The notes: generated by a model not told the origin, from the letters alone. A stretch of DNA of 64,000 bases from an uncultured Planctomycetaceae bacterium (GCA_963785305.1 CAWAUV010000002.1:128001-192000), one strand, 5' to 3'; positions 23,032-32,774 are shown, counted from the first letter of the stretch. Made by a program: numbers and translations.

Positions 23032-26000
23032 CTACTCAAATCGGAACCAGTCGAACGTCCGGATATTTTGATTCGGAAACACGAGGAAGAGATCGTGTCT
23101 GCCCTGGGTCTTGTTGATCGCGCAGGTCTTCTGCCCAAACGCCATCTCGCCGATCCGCTTGCCGTCTGGCGCATCCAACCGGACTTCGATGGCGGCGCCT
23201 GGATGAGGCGGGATGAAGATTTCCTTGCCGGGCGCACGCGGGGAGACGAAGGCGTCGCCCACGCCGCGATAATACATCGTGACGGAGGCCCAGAAATTCG
23301 CCCCATTCTTGTCCCCCACCTTCTCATCATCCTGCACGGCCTTCACCAGGATCACATTCCAGCCCTGCTTGAACGTGGCTTCGACCCTGGAGGACTTGTC
23401 GATGTCGCCGAGCTGTGAGAACAACTGCTGGTCGTTCAACCACACCTTCAATCCATGGGCGCCTCTGATCTCAATGCCTGTTTTTCCGCCCCGTTTGGCG
23501 TATATGCTCGAGCGCATGTAGGCCGCGCCATTGGCGTGTTTTTCGCCGTCCACCGCGGCGAAATGAATCACGCCGAGCGGATGCTTGACCGAAGCGCCGC
23601 TCACGAGAGGCGTGGTCACGGTAATCCATTTGACCGAGGCGGGGTCTTTCTCGGCACAAAAACCACATCCATCAACTCGGGCCCTTTCTTGTTCGCCTCG
23701 CCATAGATCGGGCTCACGTCCCAGTAGGGAATCGGGCGCCAGGTATCACCCAGCTCGACCGCCGCGAAGGGCTTGCCATTGACTGTCGTTTCGAACGCCT
23801 GCGTCGGCGTGTCATATTCCAGCGCACCCGGAAGAGCGAATTGGCGCCATCGCCGAAATTCACGTTGTCATATCGAATCCAGGAGTTCCGCTCCAGAGCG
23901 CGGCCGGAATGTGGTTGGACGAGCCCACCGGCATGGTTTCCAAAGATTCGAGAGAAATCGGCGGCTTTCCAAATCCGCGCGGCGGGATGGTCGAACACCT
24001 CGGTCAATGCGAAGGGGAAGTCTTTTCGCAGGCCGATCTGATCCATGTCCGCCTGCACAAAACCTAGCTTCAGCGCCGGCGAGTCCAGACGAAGGCGGTA
24101 GTCCGTGTATCGAGCGTCCCACCAGGGACGCTTGCGGTCGAACATCGGGTCGGCGTACACGGAGCCCTTCTCGATTTTCCCGCCTTTGCACGCTTCAAGC
24201 TGCCGTGGGATGTTCGTCGCTGCCTCGGGCGTTGCCGCCTCTCCGCCGAGCGGCTGGAAGTAATACACATTGTCGACGATCTCTTTTAAGATCGGGTGCG
24301 GAACGCCGTCGATGGTCTCCACGCCCTGGCCTCCCTCGTGTAGACGCTTGATTTCGGCGGCGACGATATTATGCGACCAGACCATGTCATGGGCCTCCTC
24401 GACAAAAGGCCCGATTGTCGCGGCGGCGTCCAAAATGCTGTCGGCGATGATATTGTGGATATTGGTTTGGTCGTTGCCTTTGGACATGATGGCGCGAGAC
24501 CGCGTGCCGCCGGCGATCCAGTAGATGATGTTGCCGCGCAGCGTCGCCTTGTGGGAGCCGTCATCGTTGAACAAGACGTGCAGCCACTCGTCCCAACTGC
24601 CATTCTGCACGCCATCGTGGCAGGCATTGTATTCCCACCGGTTGCCGGCGCCGGCGCCCCACATCTCGATCATTCCCATGTCGCTTCCGTCGCGGGCGAT
24701 CTGCGACAGATCGTTGAAGCGGATAATATTATTCCGGGAATGCAGCACCTCTTCGCCCTGGTTTTTCTCCGTTACCACATAGCCGTCGTACAACTTGACG
24801 TCGGGCGCGTCGAAGTCCTTTTCTTCTTTAAGTTTCCTTTGCGAATCGGGCAGCAGCGCGTATTGATAAAAAGCGTTGATAAGCTTGGGACGCCAGCCCT
24901 TGGTCGCCACTCCATATCGGCGAATCCCGTGGAAGAGATTGTGCTCCACGAGATTGTCCCCGCTGAAGAACATGTAGACCCCACCGCCGTCTGGAGCAAA
25001 GCGACCGATGTCAAGGAACACGTTGTCGCGGACCACGTTGTTCTTGTTGACGTACGACTCGGCCACCGTCTTGAACGGCCCTCGGCCGCATTCCCAGCCC
25101 ATGAAGAATAGCCCGTTGCACCCGGCGTTTTCGATCCAACAATTCTCCACCCGGTTTTCCCGCGCCCAGCGATTGAACATGACCGCCATGAAGCCGGCCC
25201 CATAAAGCCGGCTGTTGCGGATCACGATGCGCCGCGCAGTTTTCGATGAAGAACTGTCCGTGGCGCATGTCGGGCGCGACGACCGACAGCGGCTTCCCGC
25301 CCCAGGGCTTGCCGTCGTAGTCGCCGTCCCAGGTTACATTGTCCGTGGCCCCTTTCTTCCATTCCACCGCGAAATCCGAGCCGATGACATGCAATCCGTC
25401 GAAGACGATATTCTCGGCCACCTGCCGCATCGAGCGTCCCCGGACGATGAACACGTCCTTCGTCGTGCCCAATACGATCACCTGTTCCTCGACCGGAAGA
25501 CGGCGCGGATGGTAGACGAGGCGAGTCCCTTCCCTCCGCCAATTCCCGGCCGGCTCGCCGTCGAACACATGAAACATCCCGCCGTTGGCGGCATGGCCGT
25601 TTTCATACAGGGTAAAATGCTCTTGCAGGTCCTGAACCCGTGCTTCGGCCTCGCCATTCTCCAGCATCTTCCAGCCGGTGACTCGCCTGCCTCCGTGGAT
25701 GCGCGTTCCCAGTCCGGGAGCGCCTGGTAGGTAATGGCGTGACCATCGCGCCCGCTGTCGCGGTCATCAAAGACAATCGGGGTTTCGACATAATAATCCC
25801 CAGCCTCGACACGCACGGTGATGTCTTCCTTCATCCCGTTGGCGATGGAAGCGCGAACCAAGTCTCGGGCGGCGCCGAGCGTCGCCACCGGGCGGTCCCG
25901 GCTTCCCGGGTTCGCGTCGTTTCCCGCCGGCGAGACATGCAGTTCAGTGGCGAACAGGCAATGCCCGATCGACAAAACCACCAACGGGACGATGAATCCA

Positions 26001-26035
26001 CTCAAGGGGACATGGGGTCGCGAAAAAACTGTCAT
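23032..26035 (-). CDS. Secreted right-handed beta-helix protein with CBM6-like C-terminal domains (frameshifted)
   Basis: Signal peptide then HVSPAGNDANPGS..PVATL; parallel beta-helix N-repeats, DGGGVY, NDDGS; WIRYDNVNFGDG, IEVRLDAPDG..FDWFRFE. Confidence 0.75.
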
Positions 26036-26317
26036 CCAATAATTCCTCTGCTACCGTGAAATGAAGACAGCCGAATTCTCCACTCTACCGACTTGAGTCG
26101 GATTGCGGTTACAGTATGCTGGACTAGCAGTTATTGTTTTCTGTAGGCTGACCGCCTTCGCTCAAGGTAGGATCAAAAGAAATGACGGGCGATCGCGGCG
26201 CCCGGCTCGAGCGCGAAGCCCACGGCGCCGCCGGCTCGCGCGGCCGAGAGCACTACGAGTTTCCGCATTGGCGATTTTACTTTTACGGAAAAACGGGCGT
26301 TCGACCGGAGTGTTGTC

Positions 26318-27535
26318 GTGAATCCAAAGAAATTCCAGGTTGCCCTGCTCTTGCTGCGCGGCCATGAGTATGCCGCCCGCCTGATCGAGGGGATCTTGAG
26401 CTATGTGAGCAACCGCGCGTCGTTCGAGTTCGTCGAAGTCGCCTACAACGAGACCGGCGCCCCGCCGGTCGTTCACCGTATCAATGTGCAGGGAGCGCTG
26501 GTCTGGGGCCACCACGACCTGTCCTGCGTGTTGGATTTGCGGGAACGGGGCGCCAAAATAGTCAGTCTAAACGGAGAATGGCTGGCCGATGGAATTGCCT
26601 GCGTCGGATTCGACATGAATGCCGCGACCAATTCGGCGGTCAAACATCTGGCCCAATTCAAGCCCAAGGTGGTCGTTCATGCGGGACACCTGACGGCGAA
26701 AAACCCCGGGAAAATCCGACTCCGCGATACCTTCCTCAACCGCGCCCGGAAAGTGTGCGGGAAAGCGATGGCGTTCGAGGCGCCGGGCGTCCCCAGCGAG
26801 GAACGCCATCGGCTGGCCGAACCGGCAAACGAACCGGAGATCATCCAGTTCCTCCGAGCACTGACGTTTCCCGCCTGCATCTATTGCGACGATGACTACG
26901 TGGGCGTATTGCTGGCAAAGGTGGCGCGGCACATCGGCCTAGCGGTGCCTGGAGATATTTTCATCCTGGGCTTTTTCGATCTGGCCATCGCCCGATTTTC
27001 AGCGCCCACGCTCAGTTCCATCCCCGCGCATGGAGAAATGGTCGGCGCCGCGGGAATTCAATTACTCGACGAGCTGCTGCACGGCGCGCCTGCTCCCACC
27101 AAGCAGGTGCTTATCGCGCCTGCTCCCGTGATTCAGCGGGAATCGACGGGGGGAAATGCGGTGATCAACGATGGCATTCGCCGTGCCCGTCGATTAATCG
27201 AAGAACTCGCCTGCCAAGGGTTGTCGGTCAGTCAATTGGTCGAATTTTTGGGGATTTCACAGAAGACGTTGAACAAACGCTTCCTAGCGGCCTACGGCAT
27301 GACCCCGGGGGCCGCCATTCGCCAGCACCGCGCCAATCGGGCCAAACAACTGCTCGTCACAACCGAACTATCCATCGCCCGAATTGCCGAAATGTGCGGA
27401 TTCGAGGAACCGTCTAATTTCAACTTTTTCTTTAATCGCGACGTGGGCTGCGCCCGGCGAATACCGTCGATCATCGCGGCAAACGTAATGCAGTCGCATG
27501 TTCCCGAAAATCATAGTTTGTTTTCGCGTTTTTAA
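26318..27535 (+). CDS. XylR-like transcriptional regulator (periplasmic-binding fold plus AraC HTH)
   Basis: VPGDIFILGF..PTLSS..RES then AKQLLVTTELSIARIAEMCGF; 3' end probably frameshifted. Confidence 0.85.
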   Translation: MNPKKFQVALLLLRGHEYAARLIEGILSYVSNRASFEFVEVAYNETGAPPVVHRINVQGALVWGHHDLSCVLDLRERGAKIVSLNGEWLADGIACVGFDMNAATNSAVKHLAQFKPKVVVHAGHLTAKNPGKIRLRDTFLNRARKVCGKAMAFEAPGVPSEERHRLAEPANEPEIIQFLRALTFPACIYCDDDYVGVLLAKVARHIGLAVPGDIFILGFFDLAIARFSAPTLSSIPAHGEMVGAAGIQLLDELLHGAPAPTKQVLIAPAPVIQRESTGGNAVINDGIRRARRLIEELACQGLSVSQLVEFLGISQKTLNKRFLAAYGMTPGAAIRQHRANRAKQLLVTTELSIARIAEMCGFEEPSNFNFFFNRDVGCARRIPSIIAANVMQSHVPENHSLFSRF

Positions 27536-27656
27536 TTATCATTTCCCTCAAAAGCGGTGGTATCTGTAGTAGGGTCGAATCATTTCTTTTAGCGTCAGCA
27601 CGCCAGCTAACGACTTACTAGCCCAGCTCGACACCAGAACCATTAGGAAAGCGGAC

Positions 27657-28640
27657 ATGTCCAAGACGAATGCACGTAAATGCACGGCGCGGCGGGGATA
27701 CATGGCATGGATGGCGGCGGGGGCGTTGGCACTCTCCGCGGCCGGCGGCGCTCGGGCGGATTTTATTTCCACCTCTTCCATCGACCCGTCGAACGGTGAC
27801 AATGTCGTCACATTCACCTACAGCAATATAACGAATACCGTGAATACTGGAACCTGGACGGTGCCCAACGGCGTGAGTTCCGTCGAGGTCCTCGTCGTCG
27901 GCGGCGGTGGCGGCGCCACGTCGGCTAGTAATTTTCCGTCAGCCGGTGGCGGCGGGGGCGGATTCTATAACACCTCGAGTTACACAGTGACCGGTGGGAG
28001 TGTTTTGAGCGTCGCGGTCGGCCTCGGCGGCGCGGCGGGAGCAGCTGGCGGCGACTCTGGAAGCAATGGGGGGCTCTCGCAGTTTGATCTACTGGTTGCA
28101 TCCGGAGGACAAGGTGGCCAGTACAATGTCAGCGGTGGCGCCTCGGGGGGATACGACACGAATGGTAGTTTAACAGGCCCGTTTACTGGGGTGATCGCCG
28201 GCGCCAATACCACGGCCACAGGTGCCAGCGGTGGTAGCGGCGCGGGCACGCCTGGCGTTTCAAATAATGGAGCTAGCTACGGCGGCAACGGGCTCCAGAG
28301 CGCGATTGGGGTCGGCTCGCTCACCTACTACGCCGGCGGCGGCGGCGGCGCGTATGACGATAAACCAGGCGATAACTTGGGCGGCTTAGGGGGCGGTGGC
28401 AATGGCACAGCATACCCCAACGACTACGCCCCCGGTTCTAACGGTGTGAACGGCCTGGGCGGTGGCGGTGGCGCAGGTCGAAATGCCGCGGGCGGCGCGG
28501 GCGGCTCGGGCGTCGTGATTGTTGAATACGCGCCGGTTCCCGAGCCCTCCAGTGTTGCCCTTGCCCTGCTGGGCGCGGGTGCGACGGCGATTACGATGTG
28601 GCGCCGTCGAAGGGCCCGCCTGGCTACACATGCTCTTTGA
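27657..28640 (+). CDS. Glycine-rich PEP-CTERM sorting-domain protein
   Basis: Signal peptide, WTVP..VEVLVVGGGGG, GGSGVVIV, VPEPSS-TM-RRRR. Confidence 0.88.
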   Translation: MSKTNARKCTARRGYMAWMAAGALALSAAGGARADFISTSSIDPSNGDNVVTFTYSNITNTVNTGTWTVPNGVSSVEVLVVGGGGGATSASNFPSAGGGGGGFYNTSSYTVTGGSVLSVAVGLGGAAGAAGGDSGSNGGLSQFDLLVASGGQGGQYNVSGGASGGYDTNGSLTGPFTGVIAGANTTATGASGGSGAGTPGVSNNGASYGGNGLQSAIGVGSLTYYAGGGGGAYDDKPGDNLGGLGGGGNGTAYPNDYAPGSNGVNGLGGGGGAGRNAAGGAGGSGVVIVEYAPVPEPSSVALALLGAGATAITMWRRRRARLATHAL

Positions 28641-28840
28641 TTGGCCGTGCTCCTTAATGGCTCGTCGGTTTCCGAGTGGCGCTCTGCGAAAATCCCTCTC
28701 GGGGCGACAGGTTCATTGCTTCGGTTTGTAATCGCGCGGCGCCTCGGTCCTAACCCGACGCGTCAGCGAGGGATTCCGAGATCCACCGGGCGCCATGCGT
28801 TTCCGTGCGTGTTGCAGACGGAAACAGGAGAGCCTTTTTA

Positions 28841-28917
28841 CAGCCTACCCGAGAGCTTCGGCGAGTCCTCACCCTACCTCTCCCAAAGGGAGAGGGGGGA
28901 GTTGTCGGATAGGCCCT
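28841..28917. repeat. ~77-bp MITE/REP-like element, copy 2
   Basis: Similar to 11887-11964 (shared ccgaga.cttcggcg, ccctac.ctctccc, gagttgtcggataggc). Confidence 0.6.
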
Positions 28918-29055
28918 TAATTGGAGCCGAATCCACCGTGCGCGGGTCCTATTCGCGGCGCTGATGCCAAGAGGCCGGGATTTCTCCCGGCCTCCTGGCC
29001 ATTGCCGCGGCGGCGCGGCCTGCTGAATCGTCCAACAGGTTGCTACAACACGCTG

Positions 29056-30191
29056 CTACAACAGGTTGACCACGCGGTCGGTCAGGCCCTTTTCGCCCAG
29101 CACGATGTTGAGCTTGCCGGCCGAGGCGATCTTTTCGAGCACCTCCAGCTCGCGCAAACGCATCAGCGTCGGGCTGCCTTCGAGCAGTTTGGCCGTGTTG
29201 GCTTGGCTGCGCATGGCCGCCGTCTCCTCGCGACGGGAGATCAAGTTGGCCTCGGCCGCCTTCTTGGCCTCCGTCACGCGGTTCATCAGGTCCTTCATGT
29301 CGCCCGGCAGGATGATGTCGCGCACACCCACCGAAACGATTTCCAGACCAAACTCGCTCACGCGCTGGCGAAGCAATTCCTCCAGCTCGCGAGCCACGGC
29401 GTCGCGGTCGATCAGGAACGTGTCCAGTTCGCGCGCACCAACCACCGCCCGCACCGCCAACTGGGCCTCGCGATACAGCGCCTGCCGCGCGTTGTCGACC
29501 GTGCTCACCGCCTGCCGCGCGTCGGCCACCCGGTAGGTGACCACCGCGTTCATGCGCAGCGTGACCTTGTCGGCGGTCATGATCTCCTGACCGGCGATGT
29601 CGATCATCTGCTCGCGCAGATCCTCTTGGACGAACTTGACCTGGGCCAAGTTCTTCCAGAAGGCGTAGCGGCCCGGCGGCAGCGTGCCCTCGAACTTGCC
29701 GTCGATGAACAGCACGCCCGCATGGTGCGGCTCGACCGTGGCCAGCTCGAGCACTCGCTCGACGCCGGCGCCGCGAGCGATCACGCGCAGGTCCGGGTGC
29801 TCGAAGCGCACGAGTTGCTTGGCGTCCGCCGCTGCGCGCCGTCGGCGGCGCGCAGGCTGACAATCTCCGTCCGCACTTCGCGCAGGCCGGTCCAGTAGGC
29901 GTATAGGCCCGGCGGCAGCACATGGCTGAACCGGCCGTCGATCCAGACCAGCGCGCGCTCGTAGTCCTTCAGGTCGAGCACGACGGCCCGATCCTTCAAC
30001 ACGCCGGCGCGCACAAGCAGATCGAGCTTCTCGTGCATCAGCCACGGGTCGCGCTTCGACACGATGTCGGCCTTGAGCTTGCCCCAGAAGTCGAACAGCC
30101 AGTAGCTGCCCGGCTCCATGAGCCGCTGGAACTCGCCGTCGCGGAAGAGCAGACCGAACTCGTAGCCGCGGATATTGATGTGCTTGAACAT
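29056..30191 (-). CDS. Slipin family (SPFH/band-7) protein (frameshift near 29830-29860)
   Basis: AAGGAGGTGATC-ATG at 30191; GQEIMTADKVTLRMNA, GVRDIILPGDMK, RREETAAMRSQANTAK, LMRLRELE. Confidence 0.88.
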
Positions 30192-30233
30192 GATCACCTC
30201 CTTGCGCGGCGGATCAATGCAGGCCGCGCGACT

Positions 30234-30840
30234 GCTGGTAAGACTAAAGGACACCCTTGGGCGGCGGACGTTCGCCTGATCACACTTTGGAGCGCGGAGT
30301 TTCGCTTGAGCGGGCAACTCGCGCCGCGGCGTCGGATGGTTGCCACGAGCGTTCGCGCCGCGGTCGCCGGGCCCACGTTGCCGCGGGCACAAGACCACAG
30401 CTTGATACGTTCGCTTTCACCACCGCCGGCCGCGGCGCTTCATGCCCGTGGTATCGACGGACTACAGGGCACTCTCTCAGTGTTGCCGTCGCCTAGCATC
30501 GGCCGCGGTCAGACACAGTTGCCGCCGGGACGAATCCCGGCTCGACAAGCCGCGCCGACGCCGCCGATGTTTTTCCAGTCGACAAGCCGACCAAAACGCT
30601 CGCCCGCCTCCCGCGGGCTTCTTGGTGGATACGCTTACGCGTTTCCTGATGGGGGTTTTCACCCCTGGTGTGGACGGGAGTCGAACCCGCGACAGTCAGG
30701 TTATTGGCCTGATGCTCTATCCAGTTGAGCTACCACGGAACCGGCGCAGCCTTCGTTAGAATCCAGAACGCGGAACACACTCGGCCAACAACCAAACGGT
30801 CGGGCCGAGCGCGCCGCTGGCCGGGCTGCGTCACCTTGCT
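30234..30840 (-). ncRNA. Candidate ~600-nt structured RNA with embedded tRNA-like domain (possibly GOLLD-like or novel)
   Basis: No credible ORF; many hairpins with GAAA, GUAA, UUCG and GCAA tetraloops; long-range stems; 5'/3' end complementarity. Confidence 0.6.
30666..30736 (-). tRNA. tRNA-like domain (AAU anticodon, 4-bp acceptor stem, encoded CCA)
   Basis: GTGG-TAGCTCAACTGGATAGAGC-A-TCAGG CCAATAA CCTGA-..-GCGGG TTCGACT CCCGT-CCAC-A-CCA. Confidence 0.65.
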
Positions 30841-30855
30841 TGAAGTTCAAAAGAA

Positions 30856-30927
30856 AAACGCTGGTGGGAGTCGAACCCACTTGAAACTGCTTTGCAGGCA
30901 GTCGCCGTGCCGGCTGGCTCCAGCGTC
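30856..30927 (-). tRNA. tRNA-Cys(GCA)
   Basis: Cloverleaf; anticodon arm ACTGC CTGCAAA GCAGT; U73. Confidence 0.85.
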
Positions 30928-30938
30928 ACGAAATTGAG

Positions 30939-31011
30939 TGTCCTCGCCAGGAATCGAACCTAGCCCTCGACCTTCGCAGAGTCGCGTGCGAATCCGCCAC
31001 ACTCCGAGGAC
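30939..31011 (-). tRNA. tRNA-Arg(GCG)
   Basis: CGACT CTGCGAA GGTCG. Confidence 0.8.
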
Positions 31012-31035
31012 ATCTATATAGCTGTCATCCACCCA

Positions 31036-31108
31036 CGCCGGGCCGAGGAGTCGAACCTCGTCTTGCAGTTTCGAGGACTGCCGTGCTTGTCCGGCACACT
31101 CGCCAGGC
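31036..31108 (-). tRNA. tRNA-Arg(TCG)
   Basis: GCAGT CCTCGAA ACTGC; C33. Confidence 0.75.
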
Positions 31109-31124
31109 ATTTTCAAGGAATCAG

Positions 31125-31198
31125 TAGCCCGTCCAGGGATCGAACCAGGTCTTGCAGCTTCGGAGGCTGCCGTGCGAATCCGGCTACACTCACGGACT
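31125..31198 (-). tRNA. tRNA-Arg(CCG)
   Basis: GCAGC CTCCGAA GCTGC. Confidence 0.8.
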
Positions 31199-31208
31199 AT
31201 TCACTCAG

Positions 31209-31282
31209 AGCCGACGACTGGATTCGCACCAGCATCAAGCGGTTTACAAGACCGCCGCCTTTCTCAGTCGAGCCACGTCGGC
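31209..31282 (-). tRNA. tRNA-Thr(TGT)
   Basis: GCGGT CTTGTAA ACCGC; T-loop TGCGAAT. Confidence 0.8.
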
Positions 31283-31295
31283 AAACATCAATCAG

Positions 31296-31365
31296 CACGA
31301 GCGCGAGGAGTCGAACCCCGTTGGGCGGTTTTGGAGGCTGCTGCCGCTCCCAGGAGCACACTCGT
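31296..31365 (-). tRNA. tRNA-Trp(CCA), degenerate anticodon stem
   Basis: GCAGC CTCCAAA ACCGC (two mismatches); good T arm and acceptor stem. Confidence 0.65.
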
Positions 31366-31405
31366 ATAACGGCCCCGGGCCGGTGAAGGCCCGGAGCCGA
31401 TCGCA

Positions 31406-32002
31406 TCAATCTTCCAGCTTCACGTTCCAGTAGGCTTCGCTGACGAACTTGGCCCAACTGGCGATCCGCACTCGGTGGGCCGCATAGAGCGGCTTCCACG
31501 TCGGGCGGACCGGCGGCCGGCGGAGCTTCATGCCGGCCTGCTGCGGCGTGCGGTCGGCCTTGCGCTTGTTGCAGGCCACGCATGCCAGCACGCAGTTCTC
31601 CCAGGTCGAAGTGCCGCCGTGCGACCGCGGAACGACGTGGTCGATCGACAGCTCTTCGGTGCCCGGCTGGACACTGCAATACTGGCACGTGTAATGGTCA
31701 CGCTTGAACACGTTGCGACGGCTGAACGCCACGGCCGCGGTCGGCAGCCGGTCGAAGCCGGTCAGCGTGATCACCTCCGGCACACGCAGCCGCAGCCGAA
31801 CCGCCTGAATGAACCGCTCACCCTCGGTCGGGCGCAGCTGCGACCAGTCGGCCCAGTCGTACAGCCGGAAGTCGTGCGGGTCGACCACGCGAGCCGACTC
31901 GTTCCAAAGCATCGTCAGGGCACGTTCCACCGTGGCGACGTTGACCGGCTGCCAGTTGCGGTTCAGCACCAGCGTCGGGCGTTCCAGGATCTTGGCTACC
32001 AT
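31406..32002 (-). CDS. HNH endonuclease inside the tRNA array
   Basis: LVLNRNWQP; RRNVFKRDHYTCQYC..IDHVVPRSHGG..WENCVLACVACNKRK; GGAG RBS. Confidence 0.92.
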   Translation of the reverse strand: MVAKILERPTLVLNRNWQPVNVATVERALTMLWNESARVVDPHDFRLYDWADWSQLRPTEGERFIQAVRLRLRVPEVITLTGFDRLPTAAVAFSRRNVFKRDHYTCQYCSVQPGTEELSIDHVVPRSHGGTSTWENCVLACVACNKRKADRTPQQAGMKLRRPPVRPTWKPLYAAHRVRIASWAKFVSEAYWNVKLED

Positions 32003-32025
32003 GACGATCTCCAGTTCAGGCAAGG

Positions 32026-32100
32026 GGTATCTGAGCGGAGTTGAACCGCCACCTTCTGGTTCACAGCCAGACGTGCAGAAACCGCTACACCACAGACACC
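32026..32100 (-). tRNA. tRNA-His(GTG)
   Basis: TCTGG CTGTGAA CCAGA; G-1:C73. Confidence 0.85.
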
Positions 32101-32113
32101 ATATAGTTGTCAG

Positions 32114-32186
32114 CGCCCCGACCAGGAGTCGAACCCGGAATCTCTCGTTAGAAGCGAGATGTGATGATCCATTTCACCATCGAGGC
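32114..32186 (-). tRNA. tRNA-Arg(TCT)
   Basis: TCTCG CTTCTAA CGAGA. Confidence 0.85.
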
Positions 32187-32191
32187 CCAAG

Positions 32192-32279
32192 CGGAAGGCA
32201 TGGGATTTGAACCCACATGACCCTTGCGGGTCGCACGGTTTAGCAAACCGGCCCGACCAGCCGTATTCGGCTACCTTCC
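32192..32279 (-). tRNA. tRNA-Ser(GCT)
   Basis: CCGGT TTGCTAA ACCGT; long variable arm; G73. Confidence 0.85.
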
Positions 32280-32289
32280 AAGTTGTCAG

Positions 32290-32360
32290 TGGACCCACCG
32301 AGAATCGAACTCGGATCTCCGCCACGCCAGGGCGGTGTCGTCCCGTTGGACCATGAGCCC
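32290..32360 (-). tRNA. tRNA-Ala(GGC)
   Basis: CCGCC CTGGCGT GGCGG; G3:U70. Confidence 0.85.
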
Positions 32361-32371
32361 GTCGTTGTCAG

Positions 32372-32444
32372 TGGACCGAATGGGAATCGAACCCATCGCA
32401 CCGATCTTGCAAGGATCAGTCGCCCCCGTGGAACATGCCGGCCC
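32372..32444 (-). tRNA. tRNA-Ala(TGC)
   Basis: TGATC CTTGCAA GATCG; G3:U70. Confidence 0.8.
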
Positions 32445-32454
32445 GTACATCGAG

Positions 32455-32526
32455 AGGTCCGTCCGGGAATCGAACCCGGCCTTCCTCCTTACCGAGGAGG
32501 CGTGCGGCCAATAGCACTTACAGACC
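32455..32526 (-). tRNA. tRNA-Thr(GGT)
   Basis: CCTCC TCGGTAA GGAGG; C33. Confidence 0.75.
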
Positions 32527-32530
32527 AGAG

Positions 32531-32603
32531 TGATCCCGGATGGACTCGAACCACCGATTTCCTGGATGTCGACCAGGCGTCTTGACCGCTGGACCACGGG
32601 ATC
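32531..32603 (-). tRNA. tRNA-Val(GAC)
   Basis: CCTGG TCGACAT CCAGG; C33. Confidence 0.8.
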
Positions 32604-32608
32604 GTGAG

Positions 32609-32685
32609 TAACCGAGGTGGGCGTCGAACCCACAAAATCACGAGGCTCTCGACCTCGCCGCTTTGCCTAGTTTGCGTACCCGGCC
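32609..32685 (-). tRNA. tRNA-Leu(GAG), short variable region
   Basis: CGAGG TCGAGAG CCTCG; C33; no long arm. Confidence 0.75.
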
Positions 32686-32705
32686 GTGAATATCGTCCTT
32701 GCAAA

Positions 32706-32774
32706 TTGCAGGTCCGGGTGTCGCACCCGGCGGTCCGGGCTTATGAGGCCCAGCTGAGCACTGGCTCACCTGCG
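32706..32774 (-). tRNA. tRNA-Met(CAT), initiator-like C1:A72, reduced D arm
   Basis: TGGGC CTCATAA GCCCG; T-loop TGCGACA. Confidence 0.7.
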
